Shown here in pieces: positions 55,633 through 64,000 of a stretch of 64,000 nucleotides of DNA. A program made the position numbers and the translations under genes. Under the pieces are notes generated by a model. The model had not been told where the DNA came from. It saw only the letters and a list, made by a program, of their open reading frames with translations, and did no database searches. The DNA comes from Alphaproteobacteria bacterium. GTDB lineage: Bacteria; Pseudomonadota; Alphaproteobacteria; Bin95. The stretch lies in the NCBI GenBank assembly GCA_963665325.3, contig OZ224045.1:288001-352000 (forward strand). Direction: 5' to 3'. Within the stretch, counting starts at the first letter, position 1. Each line of letters starts with the position of its first letter.

Positions 55633-56796
55633 ATGAACGCTCCTTCCCTCGATGCTCTCGAACTCGAAGCCGCCCTGCTCGACACGGTGGACAAGTTCCT
55701 CGACCGCGATGTGCGCCCGCACGTGCTGGCGCTGGAACACAGCGACACCTGGCCCGCCGATATCGTCGAGCGGATGAAGGAGCTCGGTCTCTTCGGCGCC
55801 GTCATCCCCGAGGAATACGGGGGCCTCGGCCTGGGCGCCTCGACCTATGCACGCATCGTCGAGCGGGTCTCGGCCGTGTGGATGTCGCTCTCCGGCATCT
55901 TCAACTCGCATCTCATCATGTCGGCGGCCGTGCTGCGTTTCGGCACGGAGGACCAGAAGCGGACCTGGCTGCCCCGCTTCGCATCCGGCGAAATGCGCGG
56001 CGGCCTCGCGCTCACCGAACCAAACTGCGGCACCGACCTGCAGGCGATCCGCACGACTGCACGGCGCGACGGCGACGACTATGTTGTGAACGGCACGAAG
56101 ACCTGGATTTCCAACGGCATCCACGGCTCCTGCTTCGCGCTGCTCGTCAAGACCGATCCAGGAGCGAAACCGCGGCACCGGGGCATGAGCCTCTTCCTGG
56201 CTGAGAAAGGTCCCGGTTTCGGCGTCAGCCGGAAGCTGGAAAAGCTCGGCTACAAGGGCATCGATTCTGCCGAACTGATCTTCGACGACTACAGGATACC
56301 GGCCGACCGCCTAATCGGCCTGGAGGAGGGCAAAGGGCTGCGCCACGCCCTCGGCGGGCTGGAGCTCGGCCGGATCAATGTCGCCGCCCGGGGCGTCGGC
56401 GTTGCGCGCGCCGCGATGGAAGATGCGCTCCGCTACGCCCAGCAACGCGAGACCTTCGGCCAGCCGATCGCGCAGCACCAGGCGATCCAGATCAAGCTCG
56501 CCGACATGGCCACCCGCGTCGAGGCGGCCCGACTTCTGGTCGAGCAGGCCGCCCGCGCCTATGACGCCGGCGAACGCTGCGACATGGAGGCCGGCATGGC
56601 CAAGCTCTTCGCCTCGGAAGCCGCGGTTGAGAACAGCATGGAGGCGATGCGCGTCCACGGCGCTTACGGCTACTCCAAGGAGATGCATGTCGAGCGCTAC
56701 TACCGGGACGCGCCCCTGCTCGCCATCGGCGAGGGTACCAACGAGCTTCAGCGCATCATCATCGCGCGCCAGCTTGTCGAGCGGAATCCCGCCTGA
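55633..56796 (+). CDS. Acyl-CoA dehydrogenase
   Basis: LALTEP..GTDL, NGTKTWISN, QRETFGQPI, IGEGTNELQR (catalytic Glu present). Confidence 0.93.
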   Translation: MNAPSLDALELEAALLDTVDKFLDRDVRPHVLALEHSDTWPADIVERMKELGLFGAVIPEEYGGLGLGASTYARIVERVSAVWMSLSGIFNSHLIMSAAVLRFGTEDQKRTWLPRFASGEMRGGLALTEPNCGTDLQAIRTTARRDGDDYVVNGTKTWISNGIHGSCFALLVKTDPGAKPRHRGMSLFLAEKGPGFGVSRKLEKLGYKGIDSAELIFDDYRIPADRLIGLEEGKGLRHALGGLELGRINVAARGVGVARAAMEDALRYAQQRETFGQPIAQHQAIQIKLADMATRVEAARLLVEQAARAYDAGERCDMEAGMAKLFASEAAVENSMEAMRVHGAYGYSKEMHVERYYRDAPLLAIGEGTNELQRIIIARQLVERNPA

Positions 56797-56806
56797 GGCG
56801 GCAAGC

Positions 56807-57601
56807 ATGGCCATGACGGAGCTTGTAAGGCTCGACTGGGACGACCGGGGCGCGGCGGGGCGCATCGCGCGGGTCACATTCGACAACCCCGAAAAGCGTA
56901 ATGCGCTCGGCCTTGCGGGCAAGCGGCGCTTCGTCGAGGTGCTGACTGGGCTCCGCCACGAAGAGGGGCTGCGTGCGCTGGTTATCACCGGGGCCGGGGA
57001 CAAGTCCTTCGTTGGCGGCACTGATATCGCCGAGATGGCCGCCTTCACGCCGGCGGAGGCGGAGGCGTCCGCCACGCTGACGCACCGGGTCTGCGACGCC
57101 GTGCGCAGCTTCCCCATGCCGGCGATCGCACGCATCAACGGCTATTGCTTCGGCTCAGGCATGGAGCTTGCCGCCTGCGCCGACATGCGCGCCGGGGCCG
57201 ACCATGCGCTGTTCGGCATGCCGGAAACGCGGCTCGGCATCCCGTCCGGGATGGAGGCGTCGGTGCTGCCCCGCCTGATCGGCTGGGGCAAGGCTTGCGA
57301 ACTGGTGCTCACCGGAGACCGGATCGACGCGGCGGAGGCGCACCGCATCGGCTTCCTCGAACGCATCGCTCCTCTCGCCAGGCTCGACGACGCGGTCGAG
57401 AGCTGGATCGACTCCCTGCTCGCCTGCGGCCCGAAGGCGCTCGCCATCCAGAAGCGCCTGATCGTCGACTGGGACCGAATGTCACCGACCGATGGCGCCC
57501 GCGCGGGCATCCAAGCCTATGTGGATGCCTATCGCACGGACGAGCCGGCCCGCATGATGACCGCATTCCTCGACCGCCGGCGTACCCCCGCGCCGGATTG
57601 A
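56807..57601 (+). CDS. Enoyl-CoA hydratase/isomerase (crotonase) family
   Basis: NPEKRNAL, FVGGTDI, GSGMELA..CADMR, GMPE. Confidence 0.9.
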   Translation: MAMTELVRLDWDDRGAAGRIARVTFDNPEKRNALGLAGKRRFVEVLTGLRHEEGLRALVITGAGDKSFVGGTDIAEMAAFTPAEAEASATLTHRVCDAVRSFPMPAIARINGYCFGSGMELAACADMRAGADHALFGMPETRLGIPSGMEASVLPRLIGWGKACELVLTGDRIDAAEAHRIGFLERIAPLARLDDAVESWIDSLLACGPKALAIQKRLIVDWDRMSPTDGARAGIQAYVDAYRTDEPARMMTAFLDRRRTPAPD

Positions 57602-57618
57602 CGCGACGCTGGCTTCTT

Positions 57619-58626
57619 CTATATCCGCGCTTCCTCGACCGCATGGCAGGCGGCCTCCGCCGCCCCGTATCGTTTCAGCGTCGGCGTCTCGGCCCGGCAG
57701 CGCGCATTCGCGAACGGGCAGCGCGGGTGGAAATGGCAGCCGGGAGGCGGGTCGAGCGGGTTGGGCACTTCACCGCTCATCGGCTCGCGCGCATGGCCGG
57801 ACATGGCGAGGTCCGGAATCGCGTCCAGCAACATCTGCGTATAAGGGTGGCGTGGGGAAGAAAAGAGCGTCTCCGATTCCGCGATCTCGACGATTCGCCC
57901 GAGGTACATCACGCCCACCCGGTCGGAAATATGGCGCACGGCCGCCAGGTTGTGGCTGATGAACAGGTAGGTAAGCCCAAGCTCTTCCTGCAGGTCGCGC
58001 ATCAGGTTCAGGATTTGAGCCTGCACCGACACGTCGAGCGCCGAGGTCGGCTCGTCGCAGACCAGGAATTCCGGATTGCTGGAAAGGGCGCGGGCAATCG
58101 AAATGCGCTGGCGTTGCCCGCCGGAAAACTCATGCGGGTATTTCTCGCCGTCCGCGGGCGAAAGGCCCACTTGCGACAGCAGGTCGCCGACGCGCTCGTC
58201 CTGTTCCGCCCGCCCCTTTGTCAGCTCGAAGGCGCGCAGCGGCTCCGCCACGATGTCGCGCACCCGCCAGCGGGGATTGAGGCTGGCATAGGGGTCCTGG
58301 AAGATCATCTGCATCCGGCGGCGGCTGCGGGTGCGCTCGGCCGCCGGGAGGCCGGTGAGGTCCAGCCCGTCGAACAGCACCCGCCCGGAAGTCGGGCGGT
58401 AGAGGCCTACAACCAGCCGGGCGACGGTGGATTTGCCGCAGCCGGACTCGCCGACCAGCGCAAGCGTTTCTCCCTTCGCCAGGGAAAAGGACACGCCGTC
58501 CACGGCTTTCAGAAAGACGCGCGGGCTGCCCTCGATCGTGCGCGAAAGCCAGGGCTTCGAGACATCGAAATGCCGCGCAACCGCCTCCGCGGCGACGAAA
58601 TCAGCGGAGCTTGGGGTTGAGGGCAT
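57619..58626 (-). CDS. Dpp/Opp ABC ATPase (DppF-like); start uncertain
   Basis: [44 protein letters not shown]. Confidence 0.88.
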   Translation of the reverse strand: MPSTPSSADFVAAEAVARHFDVSKPWLSRTIEGSPRVFLKAVDGVSFSLAKGETLALVGESGCGKSTVARLVVGLYRPTSGRVLFDGLDLTGLPAAERTRSRRRMQMIFQDPYASLNPRWRVRDIVAEPLRAFELTKGRAEQDERVGDLLSQVGLSPADGEKYPHEFSGGQRQRISIARALSSNPEFLVCDEPTSALDVSVQAQILNLMRDLQEELGLTYLFISHNLAAVRHISDRVGVMYLGRIVEIAESETLFSSPRHPYTQMLLDAIPDLAMSGHAREPMSGEVPNPLDPPPGCHFHPRCPFANARCRAETPTLKRYGAAEAACHAVEEARI

Positions 58627-59503
58627 CGCGCAGCCAGTCGCCGAGCAGGTTTACGGAAAGCACCAGCACGGCAAGCGTGACGCCAGGGAAGATCGTCACC
58701 CACCACTCGCCGGAAAACAGGAAGTCGTTGCCGATACGGATAAGGGTTCCGAGGGACGGCTCCGTCGGCGGCACGCCGATGCCGAGAAACGAGAGCGTCG
58801 CCTCCGTAATGATGGCGACGGCGAGGTGAATCGTCGCAATCACCAATACCGGCCCCATCGCGTTCGGAAGAATATGGCGGAGCATAATGCTTGCCGAAGA
58901 AATGCCGATCAGCCGCGCCGCCTGGACATATTCCTTGTTCTTCTCGACAAGCGTCGAGCCTCGCACGGTGCGCGCATATTGGACCCACCCGGAAATGCCG
59001 ATGGAGAGCACCAGCACATAGATCGCGAGGTCGTCCTGGCGTTCGCTCGGCAGGATCCCGCGCAGCACCCCGTTCACCAGCAGCGCAATGAGGATGGCGG
59101 GAAAGCTGAGTTGAATGTCCGCCACGCGCATGATGAAGGCGTCGACGCGCCCGCCCGCATAGCCGGAGACAAGGCCCAGCCCGACGCCGACGAAAAGCGA
59201 GAGCAGCACGGAGGCAATACCGACCCCGATGGAAATCCGCGCCCCGTAAAGAATCGCCGAGAGCAGGTCCCTGCCCTGGTCGTCCGTGCCGATGGGGAAG
59301 CGCGCCTCCCCGTCCTCCAGCCAGAAGGGCGGAATATGCGCATCGAGCAGGTCGAGGCTTGCGAGATCGAACGGGTCGTACGGGGCGATGACGGGTGCGA
59401 GGAAGGCGGCCAGAACCGTGGCGCCGGCAATCGCGGCGGCCACGACCGTGATCCTAGACCGGGTGAAGGAATGCCAGAGGTCGCTGTCCCGCCATCCCCT
59501 CAC
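58601..59503 (-). CDS. Dpp/Opp ABC permease (DppC-like)
   Basis: GTDDQGRD, EATLSFLG, GDWLRDALNPKLR; GTGA overlap with dppB. Confidence 0.92.
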   Translation of the reverse strand: MRGWRDSDLWHSFTRSRITVVAAAIAGATVLAAFLAPVIAPYDPFDLASLDLLDAHIPPFWLEDGEARFPIGTDDQGRDLLSAILYGARISIGVGIASVLLSLFVGVGLGLVSGYAGGRVDAFIMRVADIQLSFPAILIALLVNGVLRGILPSERQDDLAIYVLVLSIGISGWVQYARTVRGSTLVEKNKEYVQAARLIGISSASIMLRHILPNAMGPVLVIATIHLAVAIITEATLSFLGIGVPPTEPSLGTLIRIGNDFLFSGEWWVTIFPGVTLAVLVLSVNLLGDWLRDALNPKLR

Positions 59504-60480
59504 CAGGCAGCCCCCCGGTCGAGCCGCAAGCGCGGATCGACGACGTAGTAGAGCAGGTCCACGGCCAGGTTGATCGCGACGAAGAGGAACGCGATCAACA
59601 TCAGGTATGCGGCCATGATCGGGATATCGACGGTCTGGATCGATTGCAGGAACAGCAGTCCCATTCCAGGCCACTGGAAGACGGTCTCCGTGATGATGGC
59701 GAAGGCGATGATGCCGCCGAGTTGGAGCCCTGTGATGGTAATGACCGGCACGAGGGTGTTTTTCAAGGCGTGGCCGAAATGGACGGCCCGGTTGGACAGC
59801 CCGCGCGCCCGGGCGAATTTTATGTAGTCGGTGCGCAGAACCTCCAGCATTTCCGAGCGCACCAGGCGCATGATGAGCGTCATCTGGAAGAGGCCGAGCG
59901 TGATCGCGGGCATGACGAGGGCCTGCAATCCGCTGGCGGTCAGCAATCCGGTCGTCCAGCTGCCTAGATCGATGGTTTGCCCACGCCCGAAACTCGGCAT
60001 GACGCCGAGCGTCACAGAGAAGATGAAGATCAGCAGGATTCCGATCAGGAAGGTCGGCAGCGAAATCCCGGCCAGGGAAACCGCCATGAAGACCTTAGAC
60101 AGCCAACTGTCGCGGTAAAGACCGGTATAGACCCCCATCGGCACGCCTACCGCGAGCGCGAAGAGGGCGGAAACCATCGCCAGCTCGAAAGTTGCGGGAA
60201 AGCGCGCGCCGAGCAGTTCCGTCACCGGCTTCTTGTGCTGGTAGGAAATGCCGAAATCGAGCTGCGCCGCCTTGGCGATATAGCGCGCGAACTGAACGTG
60301 GAAGGGGTCGTTCAGACCGAGACGCTCCCGCAGCGCTTCACGCTGTTCGAGCGTCGTCTCGATACCGACCATCTGGTGCACCGGATCGCCGACGAACCGG
60401 AACATGGAGAACGCAATCAGCGCCACGAACAGGATCACGACGACGGATTGCATGAGGCGCCGGAGGGTGAAGGCGATCAT
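59500..60480 (-). CDS. Dpp/Opp ABC permease (DppB-like)
   Basis: GDPV, LGLNDP, DYIKFARARGL, HALKN, DLLY..VDPR. Confidence 0.93.
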   Translation of the reverse strand: MIAFTLRRLMQSVVVILFVALIAFSMFRFVGDPVHQMVGIETTLEQREALRERLGLNDPFHVQFARYIAKAAQLDFGISYQHKKPVTELLGARFPATFELAMVSALFALAVGVPMGVYTGLYRDSWLSKVFMAVSLAGISLPTFLIGILLIFIFSVTLGVMPSFGRGQTIDLGSWTTGLLTASGLQALVMPAITLGLFQMTLIMRLVRSEMLEVLRTDYIKFARARGLSNRAVHFGHALKNTLVPVITITGLQLGGIIAFAIITETVFQWPGMGLLFLQSIQTVDIPIMAAYLMLIAFLFVAINLAVDLLYYVVDPRLRLDRGAAW

Positions 60481-60489
60481 CGGTCGAGC

Positions 60490-60518
60490 CTGCTACGCGG
60501 CCCCCCGGGGCCGGTCAA
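60490..60518 (-). promoter_or_regulatory. Putative sigma70 promoter giving a near-leaderless dppB mRNA
   Basis: TTGACC-N17-TAGCAG, 9 nt before ATG 60480; no SD. Confidence 0.5.
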
Positions 60519-60565
60519 GCATGTTATAGACTGCCCGCCCGCACAGGACGAGGAGAGGGACTCCC

Positions 60566-61474
60566 ATGCGTATCGTCATCAACGGCCAGCAGGCTTTCGG
60601 CAAGGCGGTGCTCGACGCGCTGGCCGCGCGCGGCGAGGATGTCGTAGCCGTGTATTGCGCTCCGGACGTCAGGCCTGACCGCCCCGACGCGCTGAAGGTC
60701 GCGGCCGGCGAGCATGGCCTGCCTGTCTTCCAGCCGAAGAGTTTCCGGGACCCGGCGGTCCATGAAGACTTTGCAGCGCTCAAGCCGGACCTCTGCGTCA
60801 TGGCGTATGTGACCAAGATCGTGCCCTCTTCCTTCCTCGACCTGCCTGCTCACGGCACCATCCAATACCACCCTTCCCTCCTCCCCCTGCATCGGGGTCC
60901 GAGTTCGATCAACTGGCCGATCATCCAGGGCCGAACGGAAACCGGGCTCACGATCTTCTGGCCGGACGACGGCCTCGATACCGGCCCCGTGCTGCTCCAG
61001 AAGAAGACCGCCATCGGCCCCGACGACACGCTCGGAAGCATCTATTTCGACCGCCTGTTCCCGATGGGTGTGGACGCGATGCTGGAGGCCGTCGATCTGG
61101 TACGGGCCGGGAACGCGCCGAAGATCGTGCAAGACGAGGCACAGGCAACCTACGAAAGCTGGTGTACCGCGGACGATGCCGGGATCGACTGGTCACGCCC
61201 GGCAAGGGAAGTCTACAACCTCATTCGCGGCTGCAACCCTCAGCCGGGCGCCTGGACGACGCGCGGCGGCGCGAAGCTCCAGATATTCGACGCCCGCCCG
61301 GAAGACGGTTCGCCCGGCGCCAAACCCGGAACGGTCCTATCGGTGGATGATGAGGGCGCCGTAATTGCGGCTGCCGGCGGGGCGGTGCGTGCGATCCGGG
61401 TCCGCCCGGACGGCGCCGGGAAGATTGGCGCGGCCGAGGCGGGGCTCGAAGCGGGCGAGGTTCTGGGCGCATAG
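60566..61474 (+). CDS. Formyltransferase-family protein (10-formyl-THF hydrolase-domain-like Fmt paralog)
   Basis: GQQAFG, YHPSLLPLHRGPSSINW, IFWPDDGLDTG. Confidence 0.85.
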   Translation: MRIVINGQQAFGKAVLDALAARGEDVVAVYCAPDVRPDRPDALKVAAGEHGLPVFQPKSFRDPAVHEDFAALKPDLCVMAYVTKIVPSSFLDLPAHGTIQYHPSLLPLHRGPSSINWPIIQGRTETGLTIFWPDDGLDTGPVLLQKKTAIGPDDTLGSIYFDRLFPMGVDAMLEAVDLVRAGNAPKIVQDEAQATYESWCTADDAGIDWSRPAREVYNLIRGCNPQPGAWTTRGGAKLQIFDARPEDGSPGAKPGTVLSVDDEGAVIAAAGGAVRAIRVRPDGAGKIGAAEAGLEAGEVLGA

Positions 61475-61512
61475 CCCGACCGTTCTACGGATTTCGGCAA
61501 AGGGTAAAGACG

Positions 61513-62460
61513 ATGAAACGCATCTTCGTCACGCGGCGCCTGCCGGAACCCGTGGAAGCGCTGCTCTCCCGGTCGTTCGACGTGACCTTGAACGTCGATG
61601 ACCGCCGGCTTTCTTCTGCCGATGTGGTCGCCGCTTGCGACGGCATGGACGCGCTTGTCATCAACACCACCGAGCGACTGGATGCTGCTGCCGTCGTCGA
61701 CCTGCCGTCCTCGCTCAAGGCCGTAGCGACCTATTCTGTCGGCCATGAGCATCTCGACCTGGACGCTCTGCAGGCGCGCGGCATTCCCGTCGTCTATACG
61801 CCCGATGTGCTGAGCGCTACGGTCGCCGACAACGCCATGCTGCTGATGCTGGCCGCCGCCCGCCGCGCGCGAGAGGGCCAGGCGCTGATTGTCGAGGGCA
61901 GATGGAAGGGCTGGGGACCGCGCCAGTTGATCGGCACCGAGGTGACCGGCAAGCGGCTCGGGATATTTGGCATGGGTAGGATCGGGCGCGAGATCGCCGT
62001 GCGCGCCAGGGCTTTCGCCATGGAGATCGGCTACCACAACCGTCGGCCGCTGGAGTCCGAAGCGGGCCTGTATTTCTCCGACGAGAGGGAATTTCTCTCC
62101 CGCAGCGACATTCTGGTTATTGCCGCTCCCGCTTCGCCGGAAACGCATCGCTGGCTGAATGCCGAACGGATTGCCCGCCTTCCGGCAGGCGCGCTGGTCG
62201 TGAACATTGCGCGCGGCAGCCTGGTCGATGACGACGCCCTGACGGCGGCGGTGGAGAGCGGATATCTTGCAGGAGCTGGCCTGGACGTGTTCGACGGCGA
62301 ACCGGATGTCCATCCGGCCTACCTGCGGCTCGACCGCATTTATATTCAGCCGCATATCGGCAGTTCCACGATGGAAACGCGGCTTGCGATGGCCGAGCAT
62401 GTGATTTCGGGACTGGAAGTCCTGTTTGCCGGGCGCAATCCGCCAAACCGCCTCGTTTAG
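61513..62460 (+). CDS. D-2-hydroxyacid dehydrogenase (glyoxylate/hydroxypyruvate reductase-like)
   Basis: TPDVL, GIFGMGRIG, VNIARGSLVD, LDVFDGEP, PHIGS. Confidence 0.92.
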   Translation: MKRIFVTRRLPEPVEALLSRSFDVTLNVDDRRLSSADVVAACDGMDALVINTTERLDAAAVVDLPSSLKAVATYSVGHEHLDLDALQARGIPVVYTPDVLSATVADNAMLLMLAAARRAREGQALIVEGRWKGWGPRQLIGTEVTGKRLGIFGMGRIGREIAVRARAFAMEIGYHNRRPLESEAGLYFSDEREFLSRSDILVIAAPASPETHRWLNAERIARLPAGALVVNIARGSLVDDDALTAAVESGYLAGAGLDVFDGEPDVHPAYLRLDRIYIQPHIGSSTMETRLAMAEHVISGLEVLFAGRNPPNRLV

Positions 62461-62529
62461 GCGCGCGGTCTGCGACATTCGGCCTTGCCGAATAATCGCT
62501 CGGGAACCGCTTGAACCGGGCGGAAGTCC

Positions 62530-62557
62530 TTGACAATTTCCGAAGTCGGCATAAGAA
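62530..62557 (+). promoter_or_regulatory. Putative sigma70 promoter of the helicase gene
   Basis: Perfect TTGACA, N16, weak TAAGAA. Confidence 0.4.
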
Positions 62558-62599
62558 CTCCGCTAACTCAATTTGATGAGAGATCGTTCGACAGAACAC

Positions 62600-63976
62600 A
62601 TGACATTCCAAAATCTCGGACTGAGCGAAGAGACGCTCAAAGCGGTCGAGGACTCGGGATACACCGAACCGACGCCGATTCAGGAACAGGCAATACCGGT
62701 TGTGCTCATGGGACGCGATGTCCTCGGTTGCGCACAGACGGGCACCGGCAAGACCGCCGGATTCACCCTGCCGATGATCGATATGCTGACCAGCGGACGC
62801 GCCCGGGCGCGCATGCCGCGTTCCCTCATTCTGGAGCCGACGCGCGAGCTTGCAGCCCAGGTGAATGAGAACTTCGACCGATACGGCAAGTATCACCGGC
62901 TGAGCACGGCCCTGCTGATCGGCGGAGAGAGCTTCGTCGACCAGCAAAAGGCGCTGGAGCGGGGCGTCGACGTATTGATCGCCACGCCGGGGCGCCTGAT
63001 CGACCTTTTCGAACGCGGACGCATCCTGCTGAGCGACGTCAAGGTGCTCGTTATCGACGAAGCCGACCGTATGCTGGATATGGGCTTCATCCCCGATATC
63101 GAACGCATCGTCGGCCTGCTGCCCAGGAAGCGCCAGACGCTGTTTTTCTCGGCGACAATGCCCGCCGAGATTCGCAAGCTGGCCGACAATTTCCTGAGCG
63201 AACCGAAGGAAATCTCGGTTACCCCGCCCGCATCCCCGGCGGAAACGGTCGATCAGCAGCTGGCGCTGGTCCACCGCGACGACAAGCGTGCGGCGCTCCG
63301 GGAAATTCTGCGCTCCGAGGAGGTCGAGAACGGCCTTGTCTTCTGCAATCGCAAGCGCGATGTCGATATCCTTGTGAAGTCGCTGACGAAACATGGGTTC
63401 GAGGCTTCGGCGCTGCATGGCGACATGCCCCAGTTCCGCCGTACCGATACGCTGGACCGGTTCAGGTCGGGCGACATCCGGCTGCTGGTGGCCTCCGATG
63501 TGGCGGCGCGCGGCCTCGACATCCCGCGGGTCAGCCACGTCTTCAACTTCGACGTGCCGATCCATGCGGAAGACTATATTCATCGCATCGGGCGGACCGG
63601 GCGGGCTGGACGGTCGGGCACGGCCATCACCATTGCGGAACCGGAAGACGCATACCATGCGGGGCGGATCGAGAAGCTGATCGGCCGCGATGTGCCCCGG
63701 CGCACGCTTGAGACGGTCGAAACCGCGAACTGGGACGACGAGCCCAAGCGCCGCCGCCGCAGCCGGGCAGCCCCAGCCGAACGCGCGGCTCCGGCCGAAC
63801 GGAGCGCCGCCCCGAAAGACCGGCCGACCCGCAGGACGGCAACACCCGCTGCGAAGGAGCCGAGACGCCGGGCCACTCCTCCGGTTGACGCGCACCGTTC
63901 GGATACGGCCTTTGGCGAACACATTCCGGCGTTCCTGCTGCGTCCCGGCGCCGATCCGGATGCGCAGTCAGCCTGA
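62600..63976 (+). CDS. DEAD-box RNA helicase (RhlE-like)
   Basis: Q motif PTPIQ, AQTGTGKT, PTRELA, DEAD, SAT, ARGLD, HRIGRTGRAG. Confidence 0.96.
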   Translation: MTFQNLGLSEETLKAVEDSGYTEPTPIQEQAIPVVLMGRDVLGCAQTGTGKTAGFTLPMIDMLTSGRARARMPRSLILEPTRELAAQVNENFDRYGKYHRLSTALLIGGESFVDQQKALERGVDVLIATPGRLIDLFERGRILLSDVKVLVIDEADRMLDMGFIPDIERIVGLLPRKRQTLFFSATMPAEIRKLADNFLSEPKEISVTPPASPAETVDQQLALVHRDDKRAALREILRSEEVENGLVFCNRKRDVDILVKSLTKHGFEASALHGDMPQFRRTDTLDRFRSGDIRLLVASDVAARGLDIPRVSHVFNFDVPIHAEDYIHRIGRTGRAGRSGTAITIAEPEDAYHAGRIEKLIGRDVPRRTLETVETANWDDEPKRRRRSRAAPAERAAPAERSAAPKDRPTRRTATPAAKEPRRRATPPVDAHRSDTAFGEHIPAFLLRPGADPDAQSA

Positions 63977-64000
63977 GGCTTGGCTCCAGGTCGGGAGGCC

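Noticed and set aside
60566-61474. Housekeeping methionyl-tRNA formyltransferase fmt
   Set aside because: Motifs and context do not match canonical Fmt
1-64000. CRISPR arrays, tRNA/rRNA genes, IS elements, prophage or integrase
   Set aside because: By eye I saw no repeat-spacer array, cloverleaf, transposase, integrase or phage protein; a covariance-model scan was not possible

Overview
GC-rich, gene-dense chromosomal segment of an Alphaproteobacterium, judged from lpxI, DUF4170, an alpha-type pyrB-pyrC' pair and the gene order. It holds about 64 CDSs. The core block is rpsB-tsf-pyrH-frr-uppS-cdsA-dxr-rseP-bamA-skp-fabZ-lpxA-lpxI, which lacks lpxD and lpxB here. It is surrounded by many acyl-CoA catabolic genes: three acyl-CoA dehydrogenase-fold proteins, two Cys-less thiolase/DUF35 pairs, an ADP-forming acyl-CoA synthetase, a CoA-transferase, MaoC and a crotonase. 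Also present are a polyamine-type ABC transporter, a TAXI-TRAP transporter, two Dpp/Opp-type ABC clusters, a xanthine-dehydrogenase-family molybdoenzyme with MoaD and NnrS, a Phd-VapC toxin-antitoxin pair coupled to a GNAT, and a DEAD-box helicase. I saw no tRNA, rRNA, CRISPR array, transposase or phage gene. The most notable signals are: (i) a ~420-bp structured non-coding element at 960-1376 with triple TGTCATG repeats, several palindromes, its own promoter and a terminal hairpin; (ii) a thiolase/DUF35/acyl-CoA synthetase unit that ends in an MprF-flippase-like membrane protein; (iii) a 1-bp deletion that fuses dppB to dppC; (iv) a probable clean loss of dppD in the second Dpp cluster; (v) several pseudo-enzymes; (vi) a low-GC interior in bamA. 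All calls come from reading motifs by eye; no database search was run.
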